DNA from: an uncultured Tissierellaceae bacterium
GTDB lineage: Bacteria > Bacillota > Clostridia > Tissierellales > Tissierellaceae
Length of the DNA stretch: 63,474 nucleotides
Direction of reading: 5' to 3'
NCBI GenBank assembly: GCA_964539425.1
Contig: CAZIII010000002.1
Span: forward strand, 1 to 63,474
In this document: in pieces, positions 46,017 to 55,583 of the stretch
Layout of the letters: each line of letters starts with the position of its first letter
Position numbering within the stretch: position 1 is the first letter of the stretch
The notes under the pieces: model-generated
Database searches by the model: none
Told to the model about the DNA's origin: nothing
What the model saw: the letters and a program-made list of their open reading frames with translations, nothing else
Made by a program: the position numbers and the translations under genes

Positions 46017-46562
46017 TTAGTTTGAAAGTTGTGTATTAAACACTTCTCTAGCTTCATTAACGCCTGACAAAACACCTTTAGTAGTATAAGTTGCGCCAGT
46101 TATAGTGTCAACAGTAATTTCTTCAGCTACAGCTTTTCCTATAAATTTTTCAGAAAACTCTGGTTCTGCTGCTTTAGAACCTATTCCTTTTGTCTCAGAG
46201 TGTTCCAGCAATCTCATTCCTGCTACGCTACCATCTTTTAAAAAACCAGTCATAACTACTAAATCTCCAGCAAATCCCTTGGACATAGTCTTTATAGCAT
46301 ATCCAGCTAGATCTTCACCATTATATGCTTCAAATATTTCTATAACTGATGAATTCGATTCACTAATTTCTTTTAGTTTTCCTTCATCTAAGGATTTAAA
46401 TTTATCTGCAGATGTGAATATTTCCTTTAAGGCAGCTAAGCTTCCTTCTATCTCTAATTCAGCAATTTTATCTTTAGTTAAATTATTTGATACAGCTAAA
46501 ACTCCTGCTGCAACCACAGTGATGATCAATAATATTAATCCTAATCTAATAGTTTCCTTCAT
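46017..46562 (-). CDS. rnfG: Rnf complex subunit G (FMN-binding)
   Basis: N-terminal TM and an FMN_bind domain with the flavinylation motif DTITGATYTTKG. Confidence 0.9.
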   Translation of the reverse strand: MKETIRLGLILLIITVVAAGVLAVSNNLTKDKIAELEIEGSLAALKEIFTSADKFKSLDEGKLKEISESNSSVIEIFEAYNGEDLAGYAIKTMSKGFAGDLVVMTGFLKDGSVAGMRLLEHSETKGIGSKAAEPEFSEKFIGKAVAEEITVDTITGATYTTKGVLSGVNEAREVFNTQLSN

Positions 46563-47573
46563 TTATTTCGACCTCCCAAATACTCTTGGTGCAGTAAATT
46601 TATCTATTAGTGGAGCTGCTACATTCATTAAAAGTATAGAGTATGAAACTCCTTCTGGGAATCCACCCTTTACTCTGATTAAAGCAGTTAATGCTCCAGC
46701 ACCAAAAGCAAATATTATTTGGCCTATTGGTGTTACAGCACCAGATGAGTAGTCTGTTGCCATAAAGAATGCTCCAAGAATTAATCCACCACCTAATATG
46801 TGGTAAATAAGTTGGTCTGTCTCAACACCTAATAATAATAAGAATACTGCTGTTGTTGCAATATAAACTACTGGAATCTTCCAATCAATAACTTTTCTAA
46901 CTAATAAGTATAAGGCTCCAATTAATAGCAATAGTGCTGAAGTTTCTCCTATTGCTCCTCCTCTATTTCCAATAAACATATTCATTATTGAAGGTAACTC
47001 TGCTGCTGCTTGAGCTACTGTAGCGGAAGCGCCTGCATCTGCTGCACCATATTTCATTATAGCTAATGGTGTTGCGCCAGTTATAGCATCGGCACCTGGC
47101 AATACATAATTTGACATAATGTTTGGCCATGAAGCTAATAATACTGCTCTTGCTGCTAATGCTGGATTCATGAAGTTTGACCCCAATCCACCAAATAATT
47201 GTTTAACTATAATAATAGCAAATCCTGAACCAAATACCGCAATCCACCATGGTGCATTTGCTGGTAAATTGAATGCTAATAATATCCCTGTAATCACTGC
47301 ACTATAATCATTTATTGCAATTTCTTTTTTTAACAATTTTTGTATTGCAGCTTCAAAAAACAAAGCAGATGCAACGGATATTAATATTAATTTCAAAGCA
47401 TTGATACCAAAAAAATAAACAGAGCCAATCATCGCTGGCACTAAAGCAATTATTACATCTAACATTATTCTCTTAACAGATTCATTTGATCTAAGGTGAG
47501 GTGAAGATGATACTATTAATAGATCAGGTATTACTGTGTCTGTCTTTGAAGAGTTTAAAATTTGACTATCCAT
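46563..47573 (-). CDS. rnfD: Rnf complex subunit D
   Basis: 336-aa polytopic NqrB/RnfD family protein with the MATDYSSGAVTP flavinylation region. Confidence 0.9.
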   Translation of the reverse strand: MDSQILNSSKTDTVIPDLLIVSSSPHLRSNESVKRIMLDVIIALVPAMIGSVYFFGINALKLILISVASALFFEAAIQKLLKKEIAINDYSAVITGILLAFNLPANAPWWIAVFGSGFAIIIVKQLFGGLGSNFMNPALAARAVLLASWPNIMSNYVLPGADAITGATPLAIMKYGAADAGASATVAQAAAELPSIMNMFIGNRGGAIGETSALLLLIGALYLLVRKVIDWKIPVVYIATTAVFLLLLGVETDQLIYHILGGGLILGAFFMATDYSSGAVTPIGQIIFAFGAGALTALIRVKGGFPEGVSYSILLMNVAAPLIDKFTAPRVFGRSK

Positions 47574-47591
47574 TTAATTTCCTCCTAACTT

Positions 47592-48920
47592 CTATGATTT
47601 TTTTCTTTTTGCAAGAATTTCTCTTTTAGAGAATCTAATTGACTCTACTAATGGTCTCTTTGCAGGACATATAAATGAACATGCTCCACATTCAACACAG
47701 TCTAGTGCATTAAATCTTTCAGCACCTTCAAAGTTCTTTTTTAATGCATATGCAGAAATGTGTAAAGGCTGTAATGCTACTGGACATACTTCTAAACATT
47801 TTCCACATTTAATACAAGGAGATACTTTTTCAGCTAAAGCCTCTTGCTCTGTAAGTATTAAGATACCACCAGAACCTTTTATTACTGGAACATCAGTAGA
47901 AAATTGAGCTAATCCCATCATAGGTCCTCCCATGATTACTTTGCCTGGTGTTCCCTTAAATCCGCCACATTGGTCTATTACTTCTTGGAATTTTGTCCCA
48001 ATTTTAACTATTATATTTTTTGGTTCATTAACTCCATTTCCTGTAACGGTTACAACTCTTTCATATAAAGGCTTTCCTTCTAGTATAGCCTCTCCTATTG
48101 CTTTAGCTGTACTAACATTGTTAACAACACAACCAACATCCATAGGTAGTCCTCCAGAAGGAACTTTTCTACCTGTTATTGCGTTGATAATCCTTTTTTC
48201 ATCTCCCTGAGGATATTTAGCTTTTAATGTTACTATTTCTATATTATCCTCTTCTTTAATAACTGACTTTAATGCATGTACTGCATCCATTTTATTATTT
48301 TCAATTCCAATAAATCCTTTTTCCACATTTAATGCTTTCATAATGGCTCTTAGACCAAATACAACTTTTTCTGGCATTTCCAACATTAACCTATGATCTG
48401 CAGTTAAAAATGGTTCGCATTCTGCACCATTTAATATGACAGTATCAATTTTCTTCTCAGGGGGTGGTGATAATTTTACATGAGTAGGGAACCCAGCTCC
48501 TCCCATCCCTGTAATTCCAGCTTCCTTGATGATAGCAATTATTTCCTTAGATGAAAGCTTGTCCAAACTTCCTTTGCACTTAACAGAATCATCCATTTCT
48601 TTCAAACCATCTGATTCTATGACTATACATGTTGTATTCATTCCAGTAGGTGTTGTAATATTAGTAATATTTTTTACAATACCAGACACACTAGAATGAA
48701 TTGGTGCTGAGACAAAAGCTGAAGATTCTCCAATTTTTTGTCCAATTTTAACTTTATCCCCTACATTAACTAAAGCTTCACATGGTGCTCCAGTATGTTG
48801 ATGCAATGGTATATATACTACACTTGGTTCATTTGCATGTATTAGGGATTTTTTTTCTGTCAATTCCTTGTTGTGTGGTACATGTACCCCACCCTTAAAA
48901 GTGAGATTATCAAGTTTCAT
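47592..48920 (-). CDS. rnfC: Rnf complex subunit C
   Basis: GMGGAGFPT NADH/FMN site plus two CxxCxxCxxxCP clusters (CIKCGKCLEVCP, CVECGACSFICP). Start at the ATG at 48918-48920 after GAGGTG. The track start is a GTG inside the SD. Confidence 0.92.
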   Translation of the reverse strand: MKLDNLTFKGGVHVPHNKELTEKKSLIHANEPSVVYIPLHQHTGAPCEALVNVGDKVKIGQKIGESSAFVSAPIHSSVSGIVKNITNITTPTGMNTTCIVIESDGLKEMDDSVKCKGSLDKLSSKEIIAIIKEAGITGMGGAGFPTHVKLSPPPEKKIDTVILNGAECEPFLTADHRLMLEMPEKVVFGLRAIMKALNVEKGFIGIENNKMDAVHALKSVIKEEDNIEIVTLKAKYPQGDEKRIINAITGRKVPSGGLPMDVGCVVNNVSTAKAIGEAILEGKPLYERVVTVTGNGVNEPKNIIVKIGTKFQEVIDQCGGFKGTPGKVIMGGPMMGLAQFSTDVPVIKGSGGILILTEQEALAEKVSPCIKCGKCLEVCPVALQPLHISAYALKKNFEGAERFNALDCVECGACSFICPAKRPLVESIRFSKREILAKRKKS

Positions 48921-49350
48921 TCTTTCCACCTCTTTATTAATATTTTATAATAACCCTTGTAAAATTAAACACTAGTTTCCCTAGTCTTTAAATATTCTTA
49001 TATATTATAACATTTAAACCTAAGCTTGTACATAAAACTACAATGTAAAAGACTGTCAAATCAACTACAAACTTCGTTATATATTTAATTACTGCCATTC
49101 CTCTATTTCTGTCTCTTTCTGGGATTTATTCAGAATTTAATACAATATTCCATATATTTACTAAACATTAATGAAATTTGTATAATTCCAAGCCTTGTAG
49201 CATTTTTATTTTCTTCATATTGATTTTTTTGTTTTATATTAAATCTATCACTAGATAGTTTTCTTGTTTATCAATTGACAATATCTACGATTTTTTTCAC
49301 ATAATATATTTTGTTAAGAAAACTTCATATTTCATTATTCCAATTCACTC

Positions 49351-49380
49351 AAAAAAATTCTCCATCAAAAGATGGAGAAT
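49351..49380 (-). terminator. Intrinsic terminator after tRNA-Leu(GAG)
   Basis: ATTCTCCATC-aaaa-GATGGAGAAT perfect 10-bp stem, followed on the minus strand by TTTTTTT. Confidence 0.85.
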
Positions 49381-49393
49381 CTTATTTACTATT

Positions 49394-49478
49394 TGGTGCA
49401 GGAGAAGGGATTTGAACCCTCACAAGCTTTGCTTACTACCCCCTCAAGATAGCGCGTCTGCCGTTCCGCCACTCCTGC
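49394..49478 (-). tRNA. tRNA-Leu (anticodon GAG), class II with long variable arm
   Basis: Minus strand GCAGGAG-TG-GCG-GAACGGCAGA-CGC-G-CTATC-TTGAGGG-GGTAG-TAAGCAAAGCTTGT-GAGGG-TTCAAAT-CCCTT-CTCCTGC-A-CCA. 85 nt, hand folded. Confidence 0.88.
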
Positions 49479-49496
49479 TTTTAGTTTACCTATAAT

Positions 49497-49525
49497 ATTG
49501 TACTATATTTATATGCTTTTTTCAA
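49497..49525 (-). promoter_or_regulatory. SigA-type promoter of tRNA-Leu(GAG)
   Basis: Minus strand TTGAAA (49520-49525), 17-nt spacer, TACAAT (49497-49502). Confidence 0.55.
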
Positions 49526-49532
49526 TTAATAT

Positions 49533-51269
49533 TTATTGTAAATCCTTAGGTATATAGCATTTATCTATTCCATTATATGGATCAAAGAATGTAGGATTTA
49601 TATCCCCAACTATTTTCGTATCCATTAACAAAGCTTTGTTTTTATAGAATAAACTTACATATGGAAGTTCAGTAACAATATGCTTTTGTAAGTTATCATA
49701 GGCTTTAATTTTATTTTCTCTAGATCCATCTAAAAAAGCATTTTCCAATAATTGGTCCATATTTTCACTGGCGTAATTAATGAAATTTGTATTATATGAA
49801 ATTTGGGAACTATGAAAAGCAAATGATAAATCTGGAATAACAGATAGTTGCCATCCAAGTAGTGCTATATCATATTCACCTTTGGAAAGAAGTTCATTTA
49901 CTTGTGTCCATTGTTGTTCAATATCTTCCTTAGTTGCTTCTTTATCAATTGTTTTTACAGGACTAATATTAAGTTGGATTCCAAGTTTCATTAAATCATC
50001 TTTGATTATTTCTGCAGTTCTTAGTCTCATCGGATTATATGTGTTTGTTATTAGATTAAAAGATATTACTTCCCCATTTTCATCCTCTAATATCCCGTCA
50101 CCATTTGTATCTTTCCATCCTATATTATTCAATTCTTCCTTTGCCAATTCTAAATTATACCCATAAGTATTGGCTTTCTCTGATAATAACCAAGAGTCTG
50201 GATGCATTGGGACATCAGTTTGAGTTCCATGACCTAAGTAAAGCTTTTCTATTATAGATTGTCTATCTATACCATAAGCTATTGCTCTCCTTAAGCCTTG
50301 TCCATTTTCACCAGAAAAAATTTCTTTAGAAAAATTAAATCCTAAAAACTCGTAATTTGGAGATACAAATTCTACAGCTCTAATCCTACTGTTATCCCCA
50401 TATTTATCCCAATCAACTCCTATCGTTGTTGCTATATTTATCTGTCCAGTCTCAAAGGCAGTCAATATATCTTCTTCACTATCTAATACTCTACCTAAGA
50501 TTTCATCAATATATGGTCTTCCATCTACATAATTGTCGTTTGCTTTTAATGTTATTTGCTTCATTTTTTCATAAGATTCAAATCTATATGGGCCTGTACC
50601 AATAGGTGTATAATCATCTAATTCTAATGCTTTAATAAAGTCGTTGTTGCCACCTTTTGTTGTAACAAACATATGCCTTGGTATAATTGGGAAAGTAAGT
50701 ACCTCAAGATTATTGCTAAAGGCCCTATCAAATGTAATTGCTATATCACTTTCTCCTGTTATTACTACTTCAAGGATTCTTCTTAAATCCGATGTTTTTG
50801 TTAATCCCATGGTATTAGCAAACATTTCTTTATAAGTACTATCTATATTAGCATATTTTATTGTATTGATAGTGAAAACGATATCCTCTGGCTTAAGTTT
50901 TTCTCCATCATGCCAAAATACATTATCTTTTAATTTAACTTCTATAGTTCTACCATCATCTTTTATATTGTAACTTTCTGCAAGTTGGTTTTTTATATTT
51001 AAATCATTATCAAACTCAAACAATCCTTCAAAGATTAGTTTGCTAAAAAAATAATAGCTACTGTTTTCTGTCATTAAGGGATTTATAGTGTTGAAAGTAG
51101 TCAAAGGCAAAACTGCTTGTCCGCCTTCTACTGGTGTCTCGTCAATATTGTTTTCTATCTCTTCAACCTTTTCTTCATCTCCCATGGCTTGTTCAAATTG
51201 TTGGCATCCTATAACTGTCATAGTCATTATCAATATAAGAACTAGACACAAATATTTTCTAAAATTCAT
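49533..51269 (-). CDS. ABC transporter substrate-binding lipoprotein, family 5 (peptide/nickel type)
   Basis: Lipobox VIGC, about 575 aa. Typical OppA/DppA-like segments (FFSKLIFEGLFEFD, GTGPYRFESY). Start at MNFRKYL after GAGGGGG. No permease or ATPase genes adjacent. Confidence 0.82.
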   Translation of the reverse strand: MNFRKYLCLVLILIMTMTVIGCQQFEQAMGDEEKVEEIENNIDETPVEGGQAVLPLTTFNTINPLMTENSSYYFFSKLIFEGLFEFDNDLNIKNQLAESYNIKDDGRTIEVKLKDNVFWHDGEKLKPEDIVFTINTIKYANIDSTYKEMFANTMGLTKTSDLRRILEVVITGESDIAITFDRAFSNNLEVLTFPIIPRHMFVTTKGGNNDFIKALELDDYTPIGTGPYRFESYEKMKQITLKANDNYVDGRPYIDEILGRVLDSEEDILTAFETGQINIATTIGVDWDKYGDNSRIRAVEFVSPNYEFLGFNFSKEIFSGENGQGLRRAIAYGIDRQSIIEKLYLGHGTQTDVPMHPDSWLLSEKANTYGYNLELAKEELNNIGWKDTNGDGILEDENGEVISFNLITNTYNPMRLRTAEIIKDDLMKLGIQLNISPVKTIDKEATKEDIEQQWTQVNELLSKGEYDIALLGWQLSVIPDLSFAFHSSQISYNTNFINYASENMDQLLENAFLDGSRENKIKAYDNLQKHIVTELPYVSLFYKNKALLMDTKIVGDINPTFFDPYNGIDKCYIPKDLQ

Positions 51270-51283
51270 TTTTTTCCCCCTCA

Positions 51284-51934
51284 TCATATTGTTGCTATTA
51301 ACTGGTTTAAAAGTCTCTTAATATTATGTAATAAATTAATATAAAAAGAGTCATTTTCACTTGGAGTCATTATATATTTTTCATACACTGTACTATATAT
51401 ATCATAACTTTTCTTTACTTTATCTAGATATTCCCTTGTTTCCTTAAATGGAATAGTTGATAGATTAAGACCATCAATACAATATTCCTCGTCACTTAAC
51501 CATTTATTAACATTACCGCTCCCTGCATTATAGGCAGCCAAAACCAAATCCAAATTCCCATTAAATTCTTTCATCAAAGTACTAATATACCAAGTGCCTA
51601 TCCTTATATTTGTTTCAGGATTAAACAAAAGCTCCTCAGTATAATTTTCTATTCCAATTACTTCACTTGCCCATTTTCCAGTTTGAGTCCCTATCTGCAT
51701 TAATCCTCTCGCATTTTTAGGAGATATTGCATCTTTGTTATATCTGCTCTCAACATTGATTATGGATGCTATTAAATATGGATCCACTTTGTATGTCTCC
51801 GAATGTTTTACTATGGTTGTCTTATATCCTATTGGATATTTTGTAACTAGAAAAACAAATCCTATAGCAGCTAATGAAGCAATTATAACTAATAATATAA
51901 TTATTTTTTTGATTCCTTTTATAATTTTAAACAA
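51284..51934 (-). CDS. Membrane-anchored lytic transglycosylase (SLT/GH23 domain)
   Basis: N-terminal TM. IASIINVESRYNKDAISPKNARGLMQI (catalytic Glu-Ser, GLMQ) and AYNAGSGNV. TTG start after GGAGGGG. Confidence 0.82.
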   Translation of the reverse strand: MFKIIKGIKKIIILLVIIASLAAIGFVFLVTKYPIGYKTTIVKHSETYKVDPYLIASIINVESRYNKDAISPKNARGLMQIGTQTGKWASEVIGIENYTEELLFNPETNIRIGTWYISTLMKEFNGNLDLVLAAYNAGSGNVNKWLSDEEYCIDGLNLSTIPFKETREYLDKVKKSYDIYSTVYEKYIMTPSENDSFYINLLHNIKRLLNQLIATI

Positions 51935-51952
51935 CAGAAGACCCCTCCAAGA

Positions 51953-52570
51953 TTAGATTAATTCTGATAACAATTTATCTATCTGTTTATTTAAAAATTC
52001 AATATCTCCACTATTATCAATTACCTTAGAAGACCTTGTTTTTTTAATATCTATTGGCATTTGAGACTCTACTTTTCTTAAAGCTTCTTCTTCTAAAATA
52101 CCATCCCTTTTCATCAATCTTTCAATTTGTAATGTTTTTCCTACATAAACTAACCATATCTCTTGAAATTTAATATCATACCTCTCTAATAAATCAAACT
52201 GTTCAAACAAGAGAGGAATATCTAAAAATATAGTATGATAGCACCTAGATAATTCCTCTATATTCGATTGTATGGTTTCAAATATATGGGGATGAGTAAT
52301 ATTATTTAATTTTTCTCGGCATTTTTCATCCCTAAAAATAATATTCCCCAATTTTTTTCTATCTATGGTTTTATTCTCATGTAATATATTCTCCCCAAAA
52401 CTTTCAACTATATCATTGTAAGCTGGCTTATTTAATTCAACGATTTCCCTGGAAATTTTGTCTGCATCAACAACGGGGTACCCTTTTTCTATTATAATCT
52501 TTGAAACCGTGGATTTCCCTGTAGCAATTCCACCAGTCAGTCCAATTAATCTAATATTATTTTGCATCAT
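51953..52570 (-). CDS. coaE: Dephospho-CoA kinase
   Basis: IGLTGGIATGKST P-loop. About 205 aa. The ATG at 52568-52570 overlaps the polA stop (ATGATGCAAAATAA). polA-coaE order is common. Confidence 0.88.
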   Translation of the reverse strand: MMQNNIRLIGLTGGIATGKSTVSKIIIEKGYPVVDADKISREIVELNKPAYNDIVESFGENILHENKTIDRKKLGNIIFRDEKCREKLNNITHPHIFETIQSNIEELSRCYHTIFLDIPLLFEQFDLLERYDIKFQEIWLVYVGKTLQIERLMKRDGILEEEALRKVESQMPIDIKKTRSSKVIDNSGDIEFLNKQIDKLLSELI

Positions 52571-55226
52571 GCCAATTATCACCTATTTCCAAATCTACCG
52601 TAAGAGGTATGCTAAGTTTTATAGAGTTCTCCATTATTTCTCTTAATAAAATCTTTACTTCCTCTACTTCATCTTTTTTAGCTTCTATTATCAATTCATC
52701 ATGAATTTGCAATATAAGTCTTGATTCTAATTTTCTTTTCTTTAGTTCATTATATACATTGACCATGGCCATCTTAATAATATCTGCCGCCGATCCCTGT
52801 ATAGGAGTATTCATAGCTATTCTCTCACCAAAGGATTTTATATTAAAATTCTTTGCTTTAAGTTCAGGTATATACCTTCTCCTATGAAGTATAGTCTCTA
52901 CATAGCCATTATCCTTACCTTCTTTTACTATATTCTCCATATACTCCTTAACCATTTCATAGTTTCTTAAATAATTATCTATATATTCTTTAGCTTCTTT
53001 TCTAGAAATCTTTAAATCCCTTGACAAACCATAGTCAGAAATTCCATATACGATTCCAAAATTTACAGCCTTTGCTTTACTTCTCATATCAGAAGTAACT
53101 TCATCTTTAGGAAGATCAAACACTTCAGAAGCAGTCTTTGTATGAATGTCTTCTTCATTGATAAAGGCTTCCATCATCTTAGGATCCTTAGATATATGAG
53201 CCAATACCCTCAGCTCAATTTGTGAATAATCTGCGTCTACAAGAATATAATCACTATCCTCTGCAATAAATGCTTTCCTAATCTTTCTACCATCATCAGT
53301 TCTAATAGGGATATTTTGCAAGTTTGGTTCAGTGCTACTTATTCTCCCCGTAGCTGCGATTGTTTGGTTAAAACTTGAATGAACTCTCTCAGTTTCTTGA
53401 TTAATTAAATTTAATAGACCATCTATATAAGTAGATTTCAATTTTACAATTTGTCTATATCGAAGAACCTTACCTACTATAGGATGTTGATCTATTAATT
53501 TGTCTAAGACCTCTGCATCTGTTGAATATCCAGTCTTTGTCTTCTTTATGATAGGCAATGACAGTTTATCAAACAAAATATCTCCCAATTGTTTAGTTGA
53601 ATTGATATTGAACTCCTGACCGGCTAGCTCATAAATTTCACTTGTCAGTGAACTTATTTCTATATCATATTCTCTTCCTAATCTTCTCAATTCCTCCATA
53701 TTAATCTTAAAACCATAGTACTCCATGCTGCCCAGAACCTGAACTAGAGGTAATTCAACATTATAATAGAGGTCTAACATTTCCTGTTCTTCTAGAATGT
53801 TTTGCATTTTAACTTCCACATTTAATACTGTATCTAATATAAATGAAATATATTCCCCTATTTCTTCCTGATTTAAATCATTAATTTTTCGCTTGTTCTT
53901 TCCCTTTCCTAAAAGGCTCTCCTCATCTAAACCATAATAATTCAAATATTCTTTACTTATATCATTGATAGAATAGGTGTTTTGAGCAGGATTAATCAAG
54001 TATTGGGTTATCATAGCATCAAATTTAATATTCTCAACTTCAATACCCAGTCTTGAGAGTATTACAATATCAGATTTTAGATTATGGCCAATTTTTTCAA
54101 TGTTTTCATCCCTAAATATATCTGCAAAACTATTAGCAAATTCTTTTTCATGATTTTCTAAGTAAATAATATTAGTTGGAGAATCTTCCATTTTAATACC
54201 TATTGCAATTATTTTATCTTCAATATAATTACTATCAGATACTATACATTTAAATGCAAACTTTCCTGTTTTTCTTATATTATTTACTAACTCATCATAT
54301 TTTGATTGGTCAATTATATTGAATTCTAATGGCGGATTGAGTTCTTCTTCAACTAAATTTCCATTACTTATCTTTCCAATCAAACTATTAAATTCAAAAC
54401 TTTCGTAGAGTTTTATCAAAGCTTCTAAATTGGGCTCCATTATTTTAAAATCTTCTATATCTAAATTCATAGGCACTTTTGTCATGATTTCGCCAAGCTT
54501 TTTACTTAGAAAAGCAAGATGTTTGTTTTCAATTAAATTTTCCTTTAATTTTTTACCACTAATATTATCAATATTTTCATATACGTTTTCAATTGTACCA
54601 TATTCTTTTAATAACTTTAATCCTGTTTTCTCTCCAATTCCTGGTACTCCTGGAATATTATCCGATTGATCTCCCATCAATCCCTTTAAATCAATAAGCT
54701 GATCTGGTGTAATTCCATATTTTTCTATAATCATATTCCTATCAAATATTTCTAATTCAGTAATTCCTTTTTTTGTAATAAAAACCTTAGTAGTCTCCGT
54801 AGCCAATTGAAGATAATCTTTATCTCCCGTGACTAAGATAACATCTATAGAGTTTTCTTCTCCTATTTTCGCTAATGTTCCTGCAATATCATCAGCTTCA
54901 AAACCGGATAACTCTAAATATTTAATATTCATAGCATCAAGTATTTCCCTTATAATTGGAAATTGTTGTACCAATTCTGAAGGTGTCGCCTGCCTATTAC
55001 CTTTGTATTTATCGTATTCCTCATGTCTAAAGGTAGGACCTTTTTTATCAAATGCTACGCAGATATAGTCTGGTTTTTGCTCTTCTTTTACCTTGTATAG
55101 CATAGTTAAGAATCCATAGACTCCATTTGTATATATGCCCTCCTTGTTGGATAGCAAAGGTAGAGCATAGAAGGCTCTATATATCAAAGAACTACCATCT
55201 ATAATCATCATTTTTTTCTTATCCAT
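52557..55226 (-). CDS. polA: DNA polymerase I
   Basis: 5' nuclease (MIIDGSSLIYRAFYA), a 3'-5' exonuclease-like domain, and polymerase motifs DYSQIELRVLAH, RSKAKAVNFGIVYG and QIHDELI. Start at MDKKK after AGGAGTGAG. The 24-codon upstream extension in the track lacks an SD. Confidence 0.93.
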   Translation of the reverse strand: MDKKKMMIIDGSSLIYRAFYALPLLSNKEGIYTNGVYGFLTMLYKVKEEQKPDYICVAFDKKGPTFRHEEYDKYKGNRQATPSELVQQFPIIREILDAMNIKYLELSGFEADDIAGTLAKIGEENSIDVILVTGDKDYLQLATETTKVFITKKGITELEIFDRNMIIEKYGITPDQLIDLKGLMGDQSDNIPGVPGIGEKTGLKLLKEYGTIENVYENIDNISGKKLKENLIENKHLAFLSKKLGEIMTKVPMNLDIEDFKIMEPNLEALIKLYESFEFNSLIGKISNGNLVEEELNPPLEFNIIDQSKYDELVNNIRKTGKFAFKCIVSDSNYIEDKIIAIGIKMEDSPTNIIYLENHEKEFANSFADIFRDENIEKIGHNLKSDIVILSRLGIEVENIKFDAMITQYLINPAQNTYSINDISKEYLNYYGLDEESLLGKGKNKRKINDLNQEEIGEYISFILDTVLNVEVKMQNILEEQEMLDLYYNVELPLVQVLGSMEYYGFKINMEELRRLGREYDIEISSLTSEIYELAGQEFNINSTKQLGDILFDKLSLPIIKKTKTGYSTDAEVLDKLIDQHPIVGKVLRYRQIVKLKSTYIDGLLNLINQETERVHSSFNQTIAATGRISSTEPNLQNIPIRTDDGRKIRKAFIAEDSDYILVDADYSQIELRVLAHISKDPKMMEAFINEEDIHTKTASEVFDLPKDEVTSDMRSKAKAVNFGIVYGISDYGLSRDLKISRKEAKEYIDNYLRNYEMVKEYMENIVKEGKDNGYVETILHRRRYIPELKAKNFNIKSFGERIAMNTPIQGSAADIIKMAMVNVYNELKKRKLESRLILQIHDELIIEAKKDEVEEVKILLREIMENSIKLSIPLTVDLEIGDNWHDAK

Positions 55227-55307
55227 TTTCTCACTCCTATTCCATACTTCATACATTCTAGTATACCTTAAAAGACAATTTGAGTAAACAAAATGCAAAA
55301 GAAAATC

Positions 55308-55336
55308 TTGATTTATTATCTTCTATATGCTATTAT
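55308..55336 (+). promoter_or_regulatory. SigA-type promoter of tRNA-Leu(CAA)
   Basis: TTGATT (55308-55313), 17-nt spacer, TATTAT (55331-55336), about 18 nt before the tRNA 5' end. Confidence 0.5.
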
Positions 55337-55354
55337 ATTTCTTGTGATGAATTT

Positions 55355-55441
55355 GCCGCTGTGATGGAATTGGCAGACGTGCTGGACTCAAAATCCTGTG
55401 GTAGTGATACCGTGCCGGTTCGACCCCGGCCAGCGGCACCA
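55355..55441 (+). tRNA. tRNA-Leu (anticodon CAA), class II
   Basis: GCCGCTG...CTGGA-CTCAAAA-TCCTG...GCCGG-TTCGACC-CCGGC-CAGCGGC-A-CCA. 87 nt, long variable arm, one U-U mismatch in the anticodon stem. Hand folded. Confidence 0.85.
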
Positions 55442-55450
55442 ATTAAAAAA

Positions 55451-55481
55451 AGTTTAAGCTTTCGAGCTTAAACTTTTTTTG
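55451..55481 (+). terminator. Intrinsic terminator after tRNA-Leu(CAA)
   Basis: AGTTTAAGCT-ttcg-AGCTTAAACT perfect 10-bp stem followed by TTTTTTTG. Confidence 0.88.
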
Positions 55482-55524
55482 TTTTGCCCAGTTTTGGGAA
55501 AACTCTTCCATTTTTTAAAATCTA

Positions 55525-55533
55525 TGTTATAAT
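55525..55533 (+). promoter_or_regulatory. Extended -10 promoter of the Y-family polymerase operon
   Basis: TGtTATAAT at 55525-55533. Confidence 0.5.
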
Positions 55534-55538
55534 ATAAT

Positions 55539-55563
55539 AAACAAATGTTCCGAACTAATGTTT
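55539..55563 (+). promoter_or_regulatory. Two abutting LexA (Cheo/SOS) box-like sites
   Basis: AAAC-aaat-GTTC c GAAC-taat-GTTT: two GAAC-N4-GTTC-type half-degenerate boxes form a 25-nt imperfect palindrome between the -10 element and the SD. Confidence 0.55.
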
Positions 55564-55583
55564 AATATTTGAGGTGTATTATA

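Noticed and set aside
55226-55298. 24-codon N-terminal extension of polA (MHFVYSNCLLRYTRMYEVWNRSEK) and similar track over-extensions (lepA, lepB, nadD, obg, rplU, mreB, rnfC, coaE, SBP, RR)
   Set aside because: In each case a canonical SD sits directly before an internal ATG that matches the usual N-terminus of the family. The track start is often a GTG/TTG lying inside that SD.
55280-55471. 63-aa plus-strand ORF overlapping the polA upstream region and tRNA-Leu(CAA)
   Set aside because: It reads straight through a well-folding tRNA gene and its terminator, and there is no SD.
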